A DNA stretch of 57,224 nt, counting the filler, from Sphacelaria rigidula (taxonomy: Eukaryota): assembly GCA_964200075.2 (NCBI GenBank). It is 6 parts of 6 records of this genome, joined end to end, with 100 filler letters (N's around TTAATTAATTAA, not from the genome) between each part and the next. Parts side by side here need not be neighbours in the genome. Positions count along the whole stretch, not along the records: positions 19,111 to 28,564 come from CAXNAA020008461.1; positions 28,665 to 38,118 come from CAXNAA020008462.1; 4 more parts are not named here. One strand, written 5' to 3'. The notes beneath the pieces were generated by a model that saw only the letters and a list, made by a program, of their open reading frames with translations, had not been told where the DNA came from and did not search any database. Each line of letters starts with the position of its first letter. Within the stretch, counting starts at the first letter, position 1. A program made the translations under genes and the position numbers. This document shows positions 24,701 to 37,126 of the stretch, piece by piece.

Positions 24701-25236
24701 ATCCGGCTGCAAGTGAGGGGACACTCATCTTTTTGCCATAAGAACGCATTACTTTGAAGGTGTCATGAGACAACCAATGAACACAAGTTTCTGCACAGCT
24801 TTTATGTTTGCCGGCCATCACCGTTGGATGAAACATATCATGAGAGGAAAGGGATGCGTCAGCTGAGGATGAAATATTGTCAGTGTGGAAGGGATTGCGT
24901 TGAACGTATGATGATCGCGGAATTATTCGGAGCGCTCTTGCAACTGATGTTTTGGGGAGCATTCCGAAGGAGTCGCGAAGTATTTTCCGTGTATATCACA
25001 AAGAGAAGGCAGTAATGAATGGGTATGGATGTGTAGGAGAGCACATCCATGCTCTTCTGTGTCGCCGTTGATTGTGTACAAGGACCGACAGGACTTACTT
25101 GAAGCTCTTTCGTATCGCGCTCGAAGGCAGCATTCGAGTGCGTCGAGCGTGGTTTTGTCTCCCTCGTGGGCTATTGTTTTTGTAAAAACACACCGGTCGC
25201 CCCGGTGGCTCAGATGGTAACTTCGAAACCTCCCAC

Positions 25237-25488
25237 GGTTCGGACGAATCATCGCCGGTTCGCATCACAAAATCCACAATGTCTTAGGCCTGATCGATCT
25301 AAAACGAGAAAAAAGTCGACTGCTTGTCAAACAGGTCTCAACGCAACGTTTGCGCCATTCCACGTGCCTGGGCTTCGCGTACCTGGGTTGCAACTCTGAA
25401 AAAAAAGCGTAAGGATTAATTCGTCCCGTACGAATCAATTACACTAAAATCAAGTAATGTTCGGACGAATTATTGATTCGTCCGACCC
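25237..25488. mobile_element. About 250-bp MITE-like element
   Basis: TIR GG(T/G)TCGGACGAATCA ... TGATTCGTCCGACCC. A diverged second copy lies at about 46984-47239. No clear TSD. Confidence 0.65.
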
Positions 25489-25692
25489 TTAAAACCTTCT
25501 CACGGTTAGGACGTGAATTCGAATCTCGGTGAACTCACACAATTCGAGGGGGGTTTTATTACAACATGCCCAACAGCGGAGAGCGATTTTGTTGTGACTA
25601 CACAAAATTTCAACTTCGACGAGGAAGATATACCGCTGAACCCTCTCCGGAAAAAAAGCAACGTAAGCACAGCAGAAGGGAGGTAGGGTTTT

Positions 25693-26840
25693 TGATCGAT
25701 CGATTCATCGATTGTCGCGCTTTAACTGACCTCCCAGGGGTCCAGCCGTGGTCTCATGAAAGACGTACCCAAGAAAAACAAAACTGAAACACTCGCTGAA
25801 GAAAAATAGGAGCAGAAAAAATCGAACAGAACGACATAGTACATTACGACGTAACAAAAAAGAATAATAATAAAAAGTCAACAAGAGCAAAGCACAGAAA
25901 GAAATGGGCGACCTATAACAAAAAAAAAAGAAGAGGAAAGTAAAGAGCGAATAAAATAGAATGAAACTATACGATAAAAAAAAGGAAAATGCCCAAGGGA
26001 TTCAGGGCAACAGAGTAGATATAGATACACACTAGTGGCCACCGTAGAGCCACCGACTAAGGACGTGATCAACAACCAATATGAGCAGACAGGATTCTTC
26101 GATGGGCAGCCCTCGAAGCAGCAGCCTCTCGCTTGTGACGGCCGTCTGATTCTGCTTGTCCGCGCGTCGCCACGTGCCCTCAAATTCTTCCGCTCTCTTT
26201 TCGACTCCAATATGCCATTTGCCCATGTTCTTCGCCGCAGTGACCCCATAGTATGCATCTTTAACCTCTACCCCGTAGACGAACCACTTTCGTCGGATTC
26301 CTTCGTGCAGGGCAGCCCCTAGCATACGTATGTTCTCCTTTAGGGTATCCTCCCATTCATTGCTTGGGGGGGCGGTCGACCTCCTTGGGTCCTTCTGTGG
26401 CAAGCCGACCGTTCATGACACGCTTGGGAAGGTGCGTGTCCTTATGCCGGACAAGGAAGGGCTCCCGCGAACCAGAGTTGACGTTTGCGGAGGATCGTCT
26501 CGATACGTTCGCGGTTGGTCATCTCGAGCACCGCTCTGTACGAAAGAATATTGTAGCCATTTCGATCGTTCCTACGGAATCCAACCACTCGCAGCGAGAG
26601 CTTGTGATGGGCAGTGCGCAGACTGTCGAAGTCCTCAGAACGTAGCGTCCATGTGGCACACCCATACAACAGAGCTTCTGCCACCTCCGCTTCAAGCAGT
26701 CGCACTTTCAAGGATAGCTCGGCGTTGGATCGGTCGTAGAGTTGGGGGTTATATTTTCGGATACGCACCCACGCCGCGCTGATACGGCGGTTGATTCCGA
26801 TGGACATTTTCGCATCCGCGCTGATAGCTCCACCAAGGTG
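25693..26840 (-). mobile_element. 5'-truncated non-LTR retrotransposon (RTE-like LINE): RT C-terminal region, 3' UTR and simple-repeat tail
   Basis: HLGGAIS..INRRISAAW..LKVRLLEAEVAEALLYGCATW..LRKRQLWFAG, continuing after a frameshift in 26032-26403. ATCG-type tail near 25693-25712. The same 3' end recurs at 40665-40780. Confidence 0.85.
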
Positions 26841-28564
26841 GATGGATTTCCCCGTCTGCTTAGGGTGCAAAAACAAAACACAAAAAGTATAACTGCTGCG
26901 TTGACCTTCCTCCTGTGTGTTCCTCGCTGATGCGCCCACATATACCGAAACGTGTGTAGATTGGCGTGCGCCCGGAATAGATGGGATAACACACACATAC
27001 TAGAAAAGGCGCACAAAAAAATCCAGCCAAGGTGCATACGCTCGGGGCTCCTGATAAGAAAGGTTACATTTCGTGAGGATTGTGCCACGCAGAATAATGC
27101 CGAGGGTATTTAGTTCAGGTATTGATGGTTTGATACAATTGCACGCAAGCTCTAAAAAACGGAACGCAAGTCATCACTTTTCGTACGAGCGTTACTGGGG
27201 AATGACTCACCTGACAGGTAGAGCTAGCCTCTGCTGTTCGAAAAAAATCCTGATTCTAAATTATTGAATCAGGCAAAAAGAATTTATTTCGAACAGCAGA
27301 GGCTGTGCAAATCCCATATACTCTCGCAAATGGAAATCGTACACCAGAAACTGTTCGAAATAAATCCTCATTTTGCCCGCCAATACCTGAAATTGGGAAA
27401 CCGAAGGACTCACTTGCGAGCAGCTTCTGCTGTTCAAGTCCCACATATTGCACCGTATCAATCGATGAGAATCAAGCAACAGCAGAAGTCGTTGAAAACT
27501 CATCCTCTTGCCCCCCATTTCATATATAAATTAGGCAAGCGGATCGAAGTCTTCAACAGCCTTGGCTGGTTTCAAATCCCATACACTGATTGTGAGTGTA
27601 TATGTACACACAGCCATGCTATATATACACACAGCCATGTATATGGTGTTGGTGTTGTATGAACCTCACATATTTGAACAAACAGGTTTTCAAAACCCCA
27701 TTGTCCTGTGTTCACCATTCCAACACCAAAGTGAAGGATATTTTCACACGCCAAAAACTATGATCGCCGTTTTTTCTGTGCATTGATGACGATATGACCA
27801 TCACAACAATAAGCATGGTTTGATGCTGTAGTGAACTGTACAATACCGTACAAGATAGTACCATATCGTGCTTATATACGTGCGGTGCAATATACTGCAG
27901 AGTTAGCGCGGAATATGCGCCACGCATGGCTAAACAAAGTGGATGCCTGTAACTTTGGGTACATGGGGGTGTTATATACCGTCAGCTACGGAGTATACAT
28001 CACGATGCCCGTACTTTCAGCATGCTCACCGCTGCGGCGTGAATGTATGTATGTTTTCCGCTTACAGTGCGACGTGAATAGGACTTGAACAGTGTTGGAA
28101 CAACAGATTTGTTAATGTTCTCTTATTTCGATAGTCGCTCATATCGGGTAAATAGCAGTACAACTTCCGCATCCTCAGAGGATTGCAACTGTTCTAAGAT
28201 TGTTAGCGGAGCTTCCGTCTCTGTCGGGTTAATGTAAAGTTCTAGGATTCTCATTACTTTGTTCCAGAGTTCTGTCGGGTTAATGTAAAGTCGTAGGATT
28301 CTCATAAGTAAGAATATTCTCAGAAGTAAGAACTTAGGCGTAGCGCATTGATCCGAGGGTACTTGTGGGTTGCCCCCACACCCTCTCACTCTCTTTTTCT
28401 TCTTCACTCTCTTCACTGAGATTCTCGGCCACATGAGCGCCAATTTCCAACATCAGTCTTTTCGACAAGCAAGTGTGCTTTACCGCCACTTCGTGCTGGC
28501 TCTGTGCATCTCCTTGAGATATCACGCCACATCAAGAACTACCTCGTTCTTTCAGGTTATGAGC

Positions 28565-28664
28565 NNNNNNNNNNNNNNNNNNNNNNNNNNNNNNNNNNNN
28601 NNNNNNNNTTAATTAATTAANNNNNNNNNNNNNNNNNNNNNNNNNNNNNNNNNNNNNNNNNNNN
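28565..28664. other. Artificial contig spacer
   Basis: N44-TTAATTAATTAA-N44. Confidence 0.98.
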
Positions 28665-28974
28665 CCCATAATTGTTGCACCTGCGTCCAGAGACGCGGAA
28701 TGCGGACAAACATAATGAATAAGAATAGTATATATATTTCTTCGCCAAATATATTCAAATCCCCAGGCGTTCTAATCGTTGCCCAATATTTGGCAACGGC
28801 CGGCCAAAACTGAGGTCATATTTGTGCGCGGGAGGGGGGGCATCACTTTCGTGTTGCGGAGAGCTCCTCGGGGCTGTCGGTAGCGGTGGGCATTGCTGTG
28901 TGGGTGTCAATTTTTGGGGGCTGAGTATTGCAAGGGTAGGTCGAATAGAGTATGTACTCTTGAGTACTCGAGTA

Positions 28975-29435
28975 AAATACTCAAGTATTTACTCTACTCG
29001 ACGTTTGAGTAGGTCGAGTACAGTCTCAAATACTCTACTCAATTTTCGAGTAAGCACTCTCAGTGATACTCGAGTACAGAGTACCACTTGAGTATCACCT
29101 CAATACTCTACTCAAATTTTGAGTAGGTCGAGTACGGCCTCGAATACTCTACTCGAAATTTGAGTAGGTTGAGTATGGTCTTAAATACTCTACTCAAAAT
29201 ATGCATAAGTACTCCCAGGAATACTCGAGTATAGAGTATCACTTGAGTATCACCTCAATACTTTACTCAAAATTTGATTAGGTCGAGTATGGTCTCAAAT
29301 ACGCTGCTCAAATTTCGAGTACGTTGAGTATGGTCTCAAATACTCTATTCAATTCTTGAGTAGGTTGAGTACGACCTCAAATAATCTACCCAAATTTTGA
29401 GTAAGCACTCTCAGTAATGCTTGAGTATAGAGTAC
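28975..29435. repeat. Tandem array of about 41-bp units with interspersed longer units
   Basis: Consensus GAGTAGGTCGAGTACGGCCTCAAATACTCTACTCAAATTTT. Confidence 0.85.
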
Positions 29436-29924
29436 CCCTGACAGTTGGCGACTTCGTGAGGTCAGTTCATAGGCTATGTTGAATGCATGGGCGAACGATG
29501 TCCATCAACTAGATGGACGGCATGACATCACAGCCAACAAGGAGTAGAAGCGAATGATGGCCATGAAAAAATCAAGAAGCGTGCAGGTGAACGAACCCAC
29601 TTGCCCCGGCGCCCCATCTCATCAGCCCCCAACCACAGCAGTTCGTACTCGATACCTCTTAGCGCCTTCGATATCACTTTCAGTACAGAGCGCTACTCAT
29701 CATCATCGAGTAATCGAGTAATCGAGTAGTCGAGTAGTCGAGTAGTTATTATCAAAATGAGCGACTCTACTGGCCACGGTTAGACGAGGCAGTTTGATCT
29801 TGAATCAACACTCATCATCGGTGGGCAATTCTAGGAATACTTCGGTATTTCCTCTAGCCGAGTTTGAGTATCTTGCGTACGAACTTGAATATTGAAGTTG
29901 AGGTTATAGGTTTTTGGTACCTCG

Positions 29925-30435
29925 GATGCGGCCTCAGATACTCCACTCAAATTTTGAGTAGGTCGAGTACGGCCTCCGATACTCTACTCAACGTTCGAGT
30001 AGGCCGAGCACGGCCTCCGATACTCTACTCGAAGTTTGAGTACGTTGAGTACGGCCTCGAATACTCTACTCAAATATTGAGTCAGCACTCTCAGTGATAC
30101 TTGAGTATAGAGTATAACTCGAGTATCACCTCAATACTCTACTCAAAGTTTGAGCATGTCGAGTACGGCCTCAAATACTCTACTCAAATTTTGAGTAGGC
30201 TGAGTATGATTTCAATTACTCTACTCAAATTTTGATTAGGTCGAGTACGACCTCAAATACGCTACTCAAATAATGAGTAAGCACTCTCAGTGATACTCGA
30301 GTACAGAGGATCACTTGGGTATCACCTCAATACTCTACTCAAATTTTGAGTAGGTCGAGTATGGTCTCAAATACTCTACTCAAATTTCGAGTACGTTGAG
30401 TACGGCTCCCAATACTCGACTCGAATTTTGAGTAC
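29925..30435. repeat. Second tandem array of the same 41-bp unit, same orientation
   Basis: Same consensus as 28975-29435. Confidence 0.85.
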
Positions 30436-32753
30436 TAAAAGTATGACTCTTCAAAAATACTGAGTATTGAGTATACTCTACTCGACCTAACCTTGGAGTA
30501 GTGTGTGCAATGTCAATTGTTGGACAGCAGGTGCTTCCTACCGATCTTTCTGAATTCCAGGCTTGCACCCATCTTTGGAGCGATCAACTTGCGACCCGAC
30601 GTGGATACAACGGGTTTATAAGCTCAACTGAGTCAACTACTCATGTAAATGGTTCTGTGGAATTGGGGCAACGTGCTATCGATGGGGTGTACTTCTACTC
30701 CGTGTCTACAGGCGTGCTGCGTTGGTACTTCAACCCTCACCAAGTAGTGTACTCGTAGGACCCGCGAGCCAAGTCGAGTTGATCCAGTGATGCCCATCGA
30801 CCTGTTGCGCCGGTCAGTTAACGAAGATGCGACACCACGAGCTCTTCTTCGGCTGTGCTTAATATAAAAAGCTTTTCGATCGGTCCCTTCGCTGAGCAGC
30901 AGGGCCCGCGCCTACAGCCAAGCCTCGGCGCTGGTACCGCATGTTCCTCCCTGCACCCCCCGCCGTCAGTGTTCCTTGACTGTTCCTCATCAAGGCACCG
31001 AGTTCATAGGTACGGGTCGCTATGAAATAATTAAAGTGAAATCATCGATTTTTTCGTTGTTTTCCATGATTCTTGTCGGGATTATAGCTGTACCAAGGCT
31101 GTACACGTGCGTTACTCAAACCCTAATCGCCACAGAGAGGTCAACAATATTGCACTGTTTGGTTATTTGTTGTCCGGGCTTGTTGTGGACTTCAATTCCC
31201 TCCGTTGGCTTGCTCTAGCCCAGGACAGCACAAGGAGGAGAGGTGGGGAAAAAAAAAGTGCAGTCAGCATCGATAATATTTTGATACGCACCAAGATGGC
31301 ACCAAGTCAAAGCAAGGGAAGCGTACACCTTCGAAAGGAAGCGGCATTCTAGCACACGGAATCGTATACACAAGAGAGATACATCATTGCGTTGGCTGTC
31401 TGATGCCCTGTGAGTAGAGTGCTTGGTTGTCTCCAGCGTTGTACCGCAACAACTTTATGTCGCGATACCGACTGTATCTGTATCGCAAGAAGATCCGCCA
31501 GCGCTGGCCAGCCAGTTGGCACCGTGCTTGATTGTCATGCATGTCTGTACGGCATCGATCAACGCGAGTCATCCAAAACAACAGCACGACAGCCTACAAA
31601 AGGGGGCCAGCCGTATTGATGCGCGTGGAGTATTTTTCTCGGTTCCTGTTCCATCCGAGCAACATGAAACATCACACAACGACGATGATGGAGCCATCTT
31701 GAATCGTGCGCCGTATCCAAGGCCGTGCAGAGATGCAGCAGCAACCTAAGCGCAAATGGAGACTGCAACACCAATCCAGGCTACCGCAACCATACCGCGG
31801 GCATGGCGACACTCATAGCGAATGTTGGGTACACCACCCAGTAAACCAATAGACAGAGCGCCACTTGTGAGACTGCCTTCGTCTTGGATATCATCCTGCC
31901 TCCGCACGGTGCTGCACCGCGGCTGCGGGCACCAGAAGACCGGCAAAACCATGTGTGACGGAACCTACACTAAAATCAAGTTTGCACTATGAAATGTACA
32001 ATTGAACGTAGAGGGACAGGAAAAATATTAAAATAAAATCACTTGAAATCAGTCTTTGTACTATGAAAATAAACCCGTACCTATGGTATGGACCCGCCGC
32101 CCTCATCAACCCCCATTTGCTGAATCTTTCATTTTTCAAAAATAATTTTCAAGATTGGTTTTGTTGGGTCGTTGGTGTAGTCGGCGGGTTCAATTGCCGT
32201 TACCATTGCACCTCCCGCGGTGGTTGTGGCTACCCCTGCTGTACCGGGGTGAGTGATATCGTGTCATGGAAACCTACATCTCGTGTCCCGCGGGCAGCGC
32301 AGCTCAGCCTGTTGAGGAAAGTGGCTGTTGAGGCGCCGATCCCGACTCTCCATTGTCATGTGCTGTTGCTTGTCTGGGAGTTCGCGCAGCTTCTGTCATG
32401 TTGTCTTGTACCCAAATCGATTCTGACATGTTCGAGAACCACCACTTGTACTGTACTTGACTGTCTTGCATCTGTGACTGTTCATTGCCTTGCTCAATAT
32501 TGGTGAGCGCCGAGTGCTCTTTGGCGTTGGGAACTGAACATAACTGACCGAGGGCGGGCGGATATGCATTTTGTTCTCTCGCAGTGATCCGTACCATCCT
32601 GCTGTGTCGTCATCCGCCACTCCGTGACCTGATCCTATAATTCGTCGTCCGCCGTCCGCCAACACAAACCTCAGATTTCTGAAATCCTACCAAACCCACG
32701 ATCAAACCGTCAGAAGGTTTCGAGGTTACCAACAAAAAGCATAACATACAGAC

Positions 32754-32984
32754 TGTTAAGATACCGTCAGCGCTGGCTGTTTAGCTCAGCAGTCAATCGG
32801 TAACTTAATAAAAGCTAGATACTTGGGTTCGAATCCCTGTGCGAGCATAAGTATTCTTCGATGTCGCGAGGATGCGGTCGAACGAAACGGAAAACACTGA
32901 GAATTTGACTTCGATACCGATTGACTGCTGAGCTAAAAAGCCAGCGCTGACTGTTCAGCTCAGCAGTCAATCGGTAACTTAACA
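32754..32984. mobile_element. 231-bp element with TGT...ACA termini, AGCGCT-centred palindromes and tRNA-like A/B boxes
   Basis: Ends TGTTAAGATACCG and CGGTAACTTAACA. Flanks CAGAC / CGGAC. Palindrome 32913-32978. TAGCTCAG at 32782 and GGTTCGAATCC at 32826-32836. Confidence 0.75.
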
Positions 32985-33676
32985 CGGACAGTCTGTATGT
33001 CACATGCCACACAGACCAGTCTTTATGTCATACCTGGTTACCAGCTGAGCCACAATGGCGCCTCGAGCTGTGGCTCAAGGCAGTGTGGGGGATGCTCCCA
33101 CTCAAACCCCCTATCAACTTGGCGCACAGTATACGCGCCGCCCTGCTCTCGAGAGCTTCGGCCCTAGGAGGGCCTCTCTTGACAATGGGTGTATCTATGG
33201 AAACTCTTCATAAACTTTCCCACTTTCCTCCCGTGAAGAGGGGAGAGGGATGGTTGTATGTGGAACAGTTTTGGACCCACGTCCACGTACAGTTCACACT
33301 GATCCTATCATGCCATATCGCCCCCAACAACCCAGCATACTCGTACACATACACCACAGTACACCTAAAGAATTGGTCGTATACCGATGATTTGAGAGTC
33401 AACATAGTTATGAGAAAACTCATGGTTTGGGGGAGGTGAGCAGTGGACCCAGCTCATCCGGAACGTCTTCATATCGAAATCGGTGCCTACGGCGTCGATT
33501 TCAGGTCTGAAAACGCATACTTCGCCCAGGCGAATCTATGCACCTCTCTTGCTCGGGGGTCTCGTACGCCTTGGGTCGGGGTTCGGGTTAGTGTTACAGT
33601 TATTGTAAGTTTGTTCGTGAGAATCAACCATATATACACGACCAAAACTATAGGTAGTAAGGCCGTAAGGTCGGTT

Positions 33677-33778
33677 CCCAGCAAAGAGATCGCCAACCGT
33701 TCGCCTGAACAGATGCAATCTACTACTCCCAGCAAAGAGATCGCCAACCGTTCACCTGTACAGATGCAATCTACTACG
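33677..33778. repeat. 51-bp tandem duplication
   Basis: CCCAGCAAAGAGATCGCCAACCGTTC...TCTACTAC starts at 33677 and at 33728. Confidence 0.85.
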
Positions 33779-34129
33779 TCACGAGTATACAATACAAATA
33801 CAAACGGCAATTTACTACGTCATGCATTATTTGCGCCGAATTCGGATGGGGCCAATCAGAACGCGGGAAATGATGATTCACGCCGCTTTTCCGTAGATCA
33901 GCTGCTGGCGTCAGCAACAGCGTCGGCAGACGGACCATGTCCGAGTTACCAGCGGGCCACGTCCACGTCGGTTCCAATCTACAAACATCGTATCCGAGGA
34001 CAGACCCTAGGTAGATCGACGTTCCGTTATTTCAGCGCTGATCCAGTCCATCCTCAAGTTTCTCTGGTCGTTGTGTTTTCCTAGCGCGATCATCACATCA
34101 CCCCCAGAATAAATATTTCGCCAAGTGTA

Positions 34130-35840
34130 ATGGGGCCTTGCGGTAAAGGGTGGGCAGATTCTGGAGCGGCAGATTCGGGTGCAGCATCAGCCGGGCAAGT
34201 GACGCGCGCTCCTTCGGCGGCTGCGACTGTGTCTGTACCTGTAAGTGTTGCGAGAGATAACCCGTGGTAAGCTAGAGACGAGTGCGTGGCGGCGTACTGA
34301 ACAACTTCAAGATTGGTCTTGGGCTGTAGTATGTTGATGGATTGCGGCTTTCGTGATCAACTCAGCTGGATATTCCGCCGAGTCGTGCTTCCTGTCCCAC
34401 CAGTATCCTGGTGGATGGTGTTTTCTGTTGCGCAGGCTCTTGGGGGCTACGAAAGCTAGATAAATACAAACCGTATCGAGCACATATGAACCTACCACAC
34501 GTTGTTCGCCTGGCTCAGACCGTTTTTTCGGTTCACGTACGCATGTCACTTTATTCCGGCGGTCCCACTACTTTCCACCTCTCTCGATGTTCTGTCGACT
34601 GCGCCCCACGGCGGTCGATGGCAGGTGCCCAGCCGCAGCGCGTGCGTCTACACGTCGCACTACTGCGAAGAGAATGTGCTCTGTCTGTATCGAGATATTG
34701 CAAACGCTGCAGAGGCAGCGGGGGCAACGCTATACGTCGTCTTCGTCTCCAATCAAGCTCGTCAAGTGCCCGTTTGGTGCCAGGTGTTGGCCGAAAGCTA
34801 CAACAAGCCTGTACTGTGGGACTACCACGGTGAGAGCTACAGAAGCCGCGCGTCGGTACTGCTGCTTCGGCCGCTGCTGCTCATGTCGACAAAAGTATGC
34901 GTGTATGACACAACTCAGCGGGATATTATTTCAAATAGATCGCGTGTCTGGTGTCAAATCTGTCATGTCAAGGATCGGATAGCATGCCAAGTACGTATGT
35001 TTTTTGTAGAGGTCGCCGTACAACTGTAGGCGACATGTACGTGCATTGATGGTCGCGCTTCCCTACCTAACCACAGCTCGGGGTTTGCGCTAGAGTCCAT
35101 AGCTGAGCTGCCTGTAGTGACGCCGCGAATTCGACGTTTGGATTCGCGCCCCAGAGACAACGTCATCGGTCTGTGTACGTGAAATGGAGGATTCAAAGCA
35201 AGAGATGCGTATTTGGTTTGAGCGTGCTGCTGGAGCGCGCCAACTTGACACTGACGTCCACAGCAGCGTCGCCACAGCGTTGAGGGGTCGTTTCAATTTG
35301 TCAGGAGGCACGGTGTCGGCGTTTTGTGCACAGCGATTCAGAGCGTAAGTCAGTTTCATGTTGGATGAATTCGAATCTTGTCTTTTACAGAGTACAGTAC
35401 AGTACAACCGTTGTTTCGTTCGCAGTCAGTTGTAGACGAAGAAGGAAATTTGACATATACTTTCGAAAAGAGTCGCTGACTGTACAAGTCACTGGTCACC
35501 GTCGGTACAGTCGATTGGAAATACAGGGAACATGACATTTTTTTTAAAGATTCTGCTGACTGTATACAACATGACAGTTGTAACAATACACGGGCTATAC
35601 AGTTAACACATATTCATATTTTCGAAAAAAAACATGCTGACTGTACTGAATCATTTTGGTGCGCCACGTGTTGCCCGATGATGCCGTTTGCCGTCCCTCT
35701 CCAGTCATGTTGCTGGCCCATCACCCCCATGGCAACTGGATCTACGACCTAGACTCTACCCTGCAGTTTCCCACTCCGGCAAGCCACTACGTGACTCACG
35801 CGTTTCACGGTACCACCTCCATGGACGACAAGTACAGGCA
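34130..35840 (+). CDS. NTAQ1: Protein N-terminal glutamine amidohydrolase (3'-incomplete; three exons seen)
   Basis: Phase-compatible GT-AG exons 34130-34240, 34625-34829 and 35705-35840. They give YTSHYCEENV, YVVFVSN..VPVW.Q, WDYHV and IYDLDSTLQFP, containing the Cys-His-Asp triad motifs. I did not find the last exon (expected FASDRSHM-type motif) before the contig end. Confidence 0.92.
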
Positions 35841-36930
35841 GTGAGTTGCATTTTTCATATATGGGCCTGTGGATTCACGTACAAAGCGAACCATGATTTT
35901 TTCTCGCGTATTAGGACATTGTAGTGGTGGAGCATCGTGCGTAAGTGTGTCAGGTGTGTGCTTGCGACCAAGCCCCTTCCCGCGGTGAAAGAGAAGAATT
36001 ACAACAACAACAACAACAACAGTGCAAGTTCAGTTCCCCTCCGCCATCTTCCCCAATAAACACACGAGCCGTAAAAAGTATTGGCATGTAAGCATATCTG
36101 TCGGCTCGTCGAATGTCGCTGATGGTTTGGAAGTTTCACCCTTCTTCATTTGTGTCGTGTTTTGAACGAGGAGCTCGTGCATGTTGTGGAAGACAGCACC
36201 CACAAACCAGGCGTCTCGGTATAGGGGCGAGGATCACGCACCAAGATAGGGCAGACTCGTGAGTCTAAAACTGCGGCCTCTCGCGTGCGGAGTATCTCGG
36301 AGTCAACCCAACCAAGTCTCCACGCTTATGGATTCGTTTTGGATCAAGAATTGAGAATTTGGTAACAACAAACGATTTTCCGGTGCTGTTCTGAACGGCC
36401 GGATCCACCGACCAGGGCGGTGGGAATTTTACACCGCCATCACCAGTACCGGAAATATCACCTCCCCTCCACTTCACGGTCCTGGTAAGGATCACACTTG
36501 CTCGAAATTTCTAATGACTTGTCTTCTGTACTTGCCCTTGAATCGGTTGGCCGCACCCGCGCTCTTGTGACGTCCCGTGCTCTGGAGGGTGTTTCGAGTT
36601 GTACCAGCGCTGGAGTGCCTGCAGCATTTCGCCTCCAACCGATCTCACATGCGTTCACCGAACGGGCAATACAGTGCTCAACCACCAAATCACCCTCCTC
36701 TAAGGTGATGATCTTGTCGTGAGGAACGACCACTGACTATTCGTGTCGTTGCAATTTGAAGTGGTCGGTGCAGGGCGCACGCTCGTGTTTTGTGCAATTC
36801 TTGCGGTGCGTTTTGTTATCAATGACTCCATCTTGAAAGTACGAATTTTCGCCCGGAAGGTTTTGTATAATGAATGATACTGTACTGTTGCGTACTTCGT
36901 GTACGTGAACCCTTGGACCGGGATCCCGCT

Positions 36931-37126
36931 AGTCCATCTACATCACGCATACTTTCTTTCAAGTGAAGCTGATGCCGATTCAGCAGGTGATATACCCTCA
37001 CGGTCAAAGTGTTGGATCAAGGGGTTACTCTTTGACAAGGGGTCATCCTTCGAGCGCGAGGGTAGATCACCTGCTGAATCGGCATCGATGTTCACTTGGA
37101 GGAAGTATCCGTGATCCAGACGGACT
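36931..37126. repeat. Inverted repeat / long hairpin with arms of about 75 bp
   Basis: Core GATGCCGATTCAGCAGGTGAT pairs perfectly with ATCACCTGCTGAATCGGCATC. Imperfect pairing extends to AGTCC...GGACT. Confidence 0.85.

Larger units (their letters stand above)
28931..30495. mobile_element. Non-autonomous hAT-like DNA transposon with internal tandem arrays
   Basis: TIR CAAGGGTAGGTCGAATAGAGTAT ... ATACTCTACTCGACCTAACCTTG. 8-bp TSD GAGTATTG (28923-28930) / GAGTAGTG (30496-30503) with one mismatch. CA termini plus an 8-bp TSD are hAT hallmarks. Confidence 0.8.

Noticed and set aside
27264-27662. Helitron Rep-like snippet (KLFEINPHFARQY)
   Set aside because: A single short resemblance with no Rep or helicase motifs nearby.
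28975-30435. CRISPR-like appearance of the regularly spaced partly palindromic repeats
   Set aside because: Units are head-to-tail with no unique spacers, there are no cas genes, the context is eukaryotic, and they are bounded by hAT TIRs.
32775-32846. Genuine tRNA gene (also considered for 1124-1195)
   Set aside because: A and B boxes are present, but I cannot fold an acceptor stem or anticodon arm, and both lie inside TSD-flanked elements.
36250-36400. Copia-like fragment (EYLGV.. region)
   Set aside because: Too degenerate, with no integrase or RT motifs to support it.
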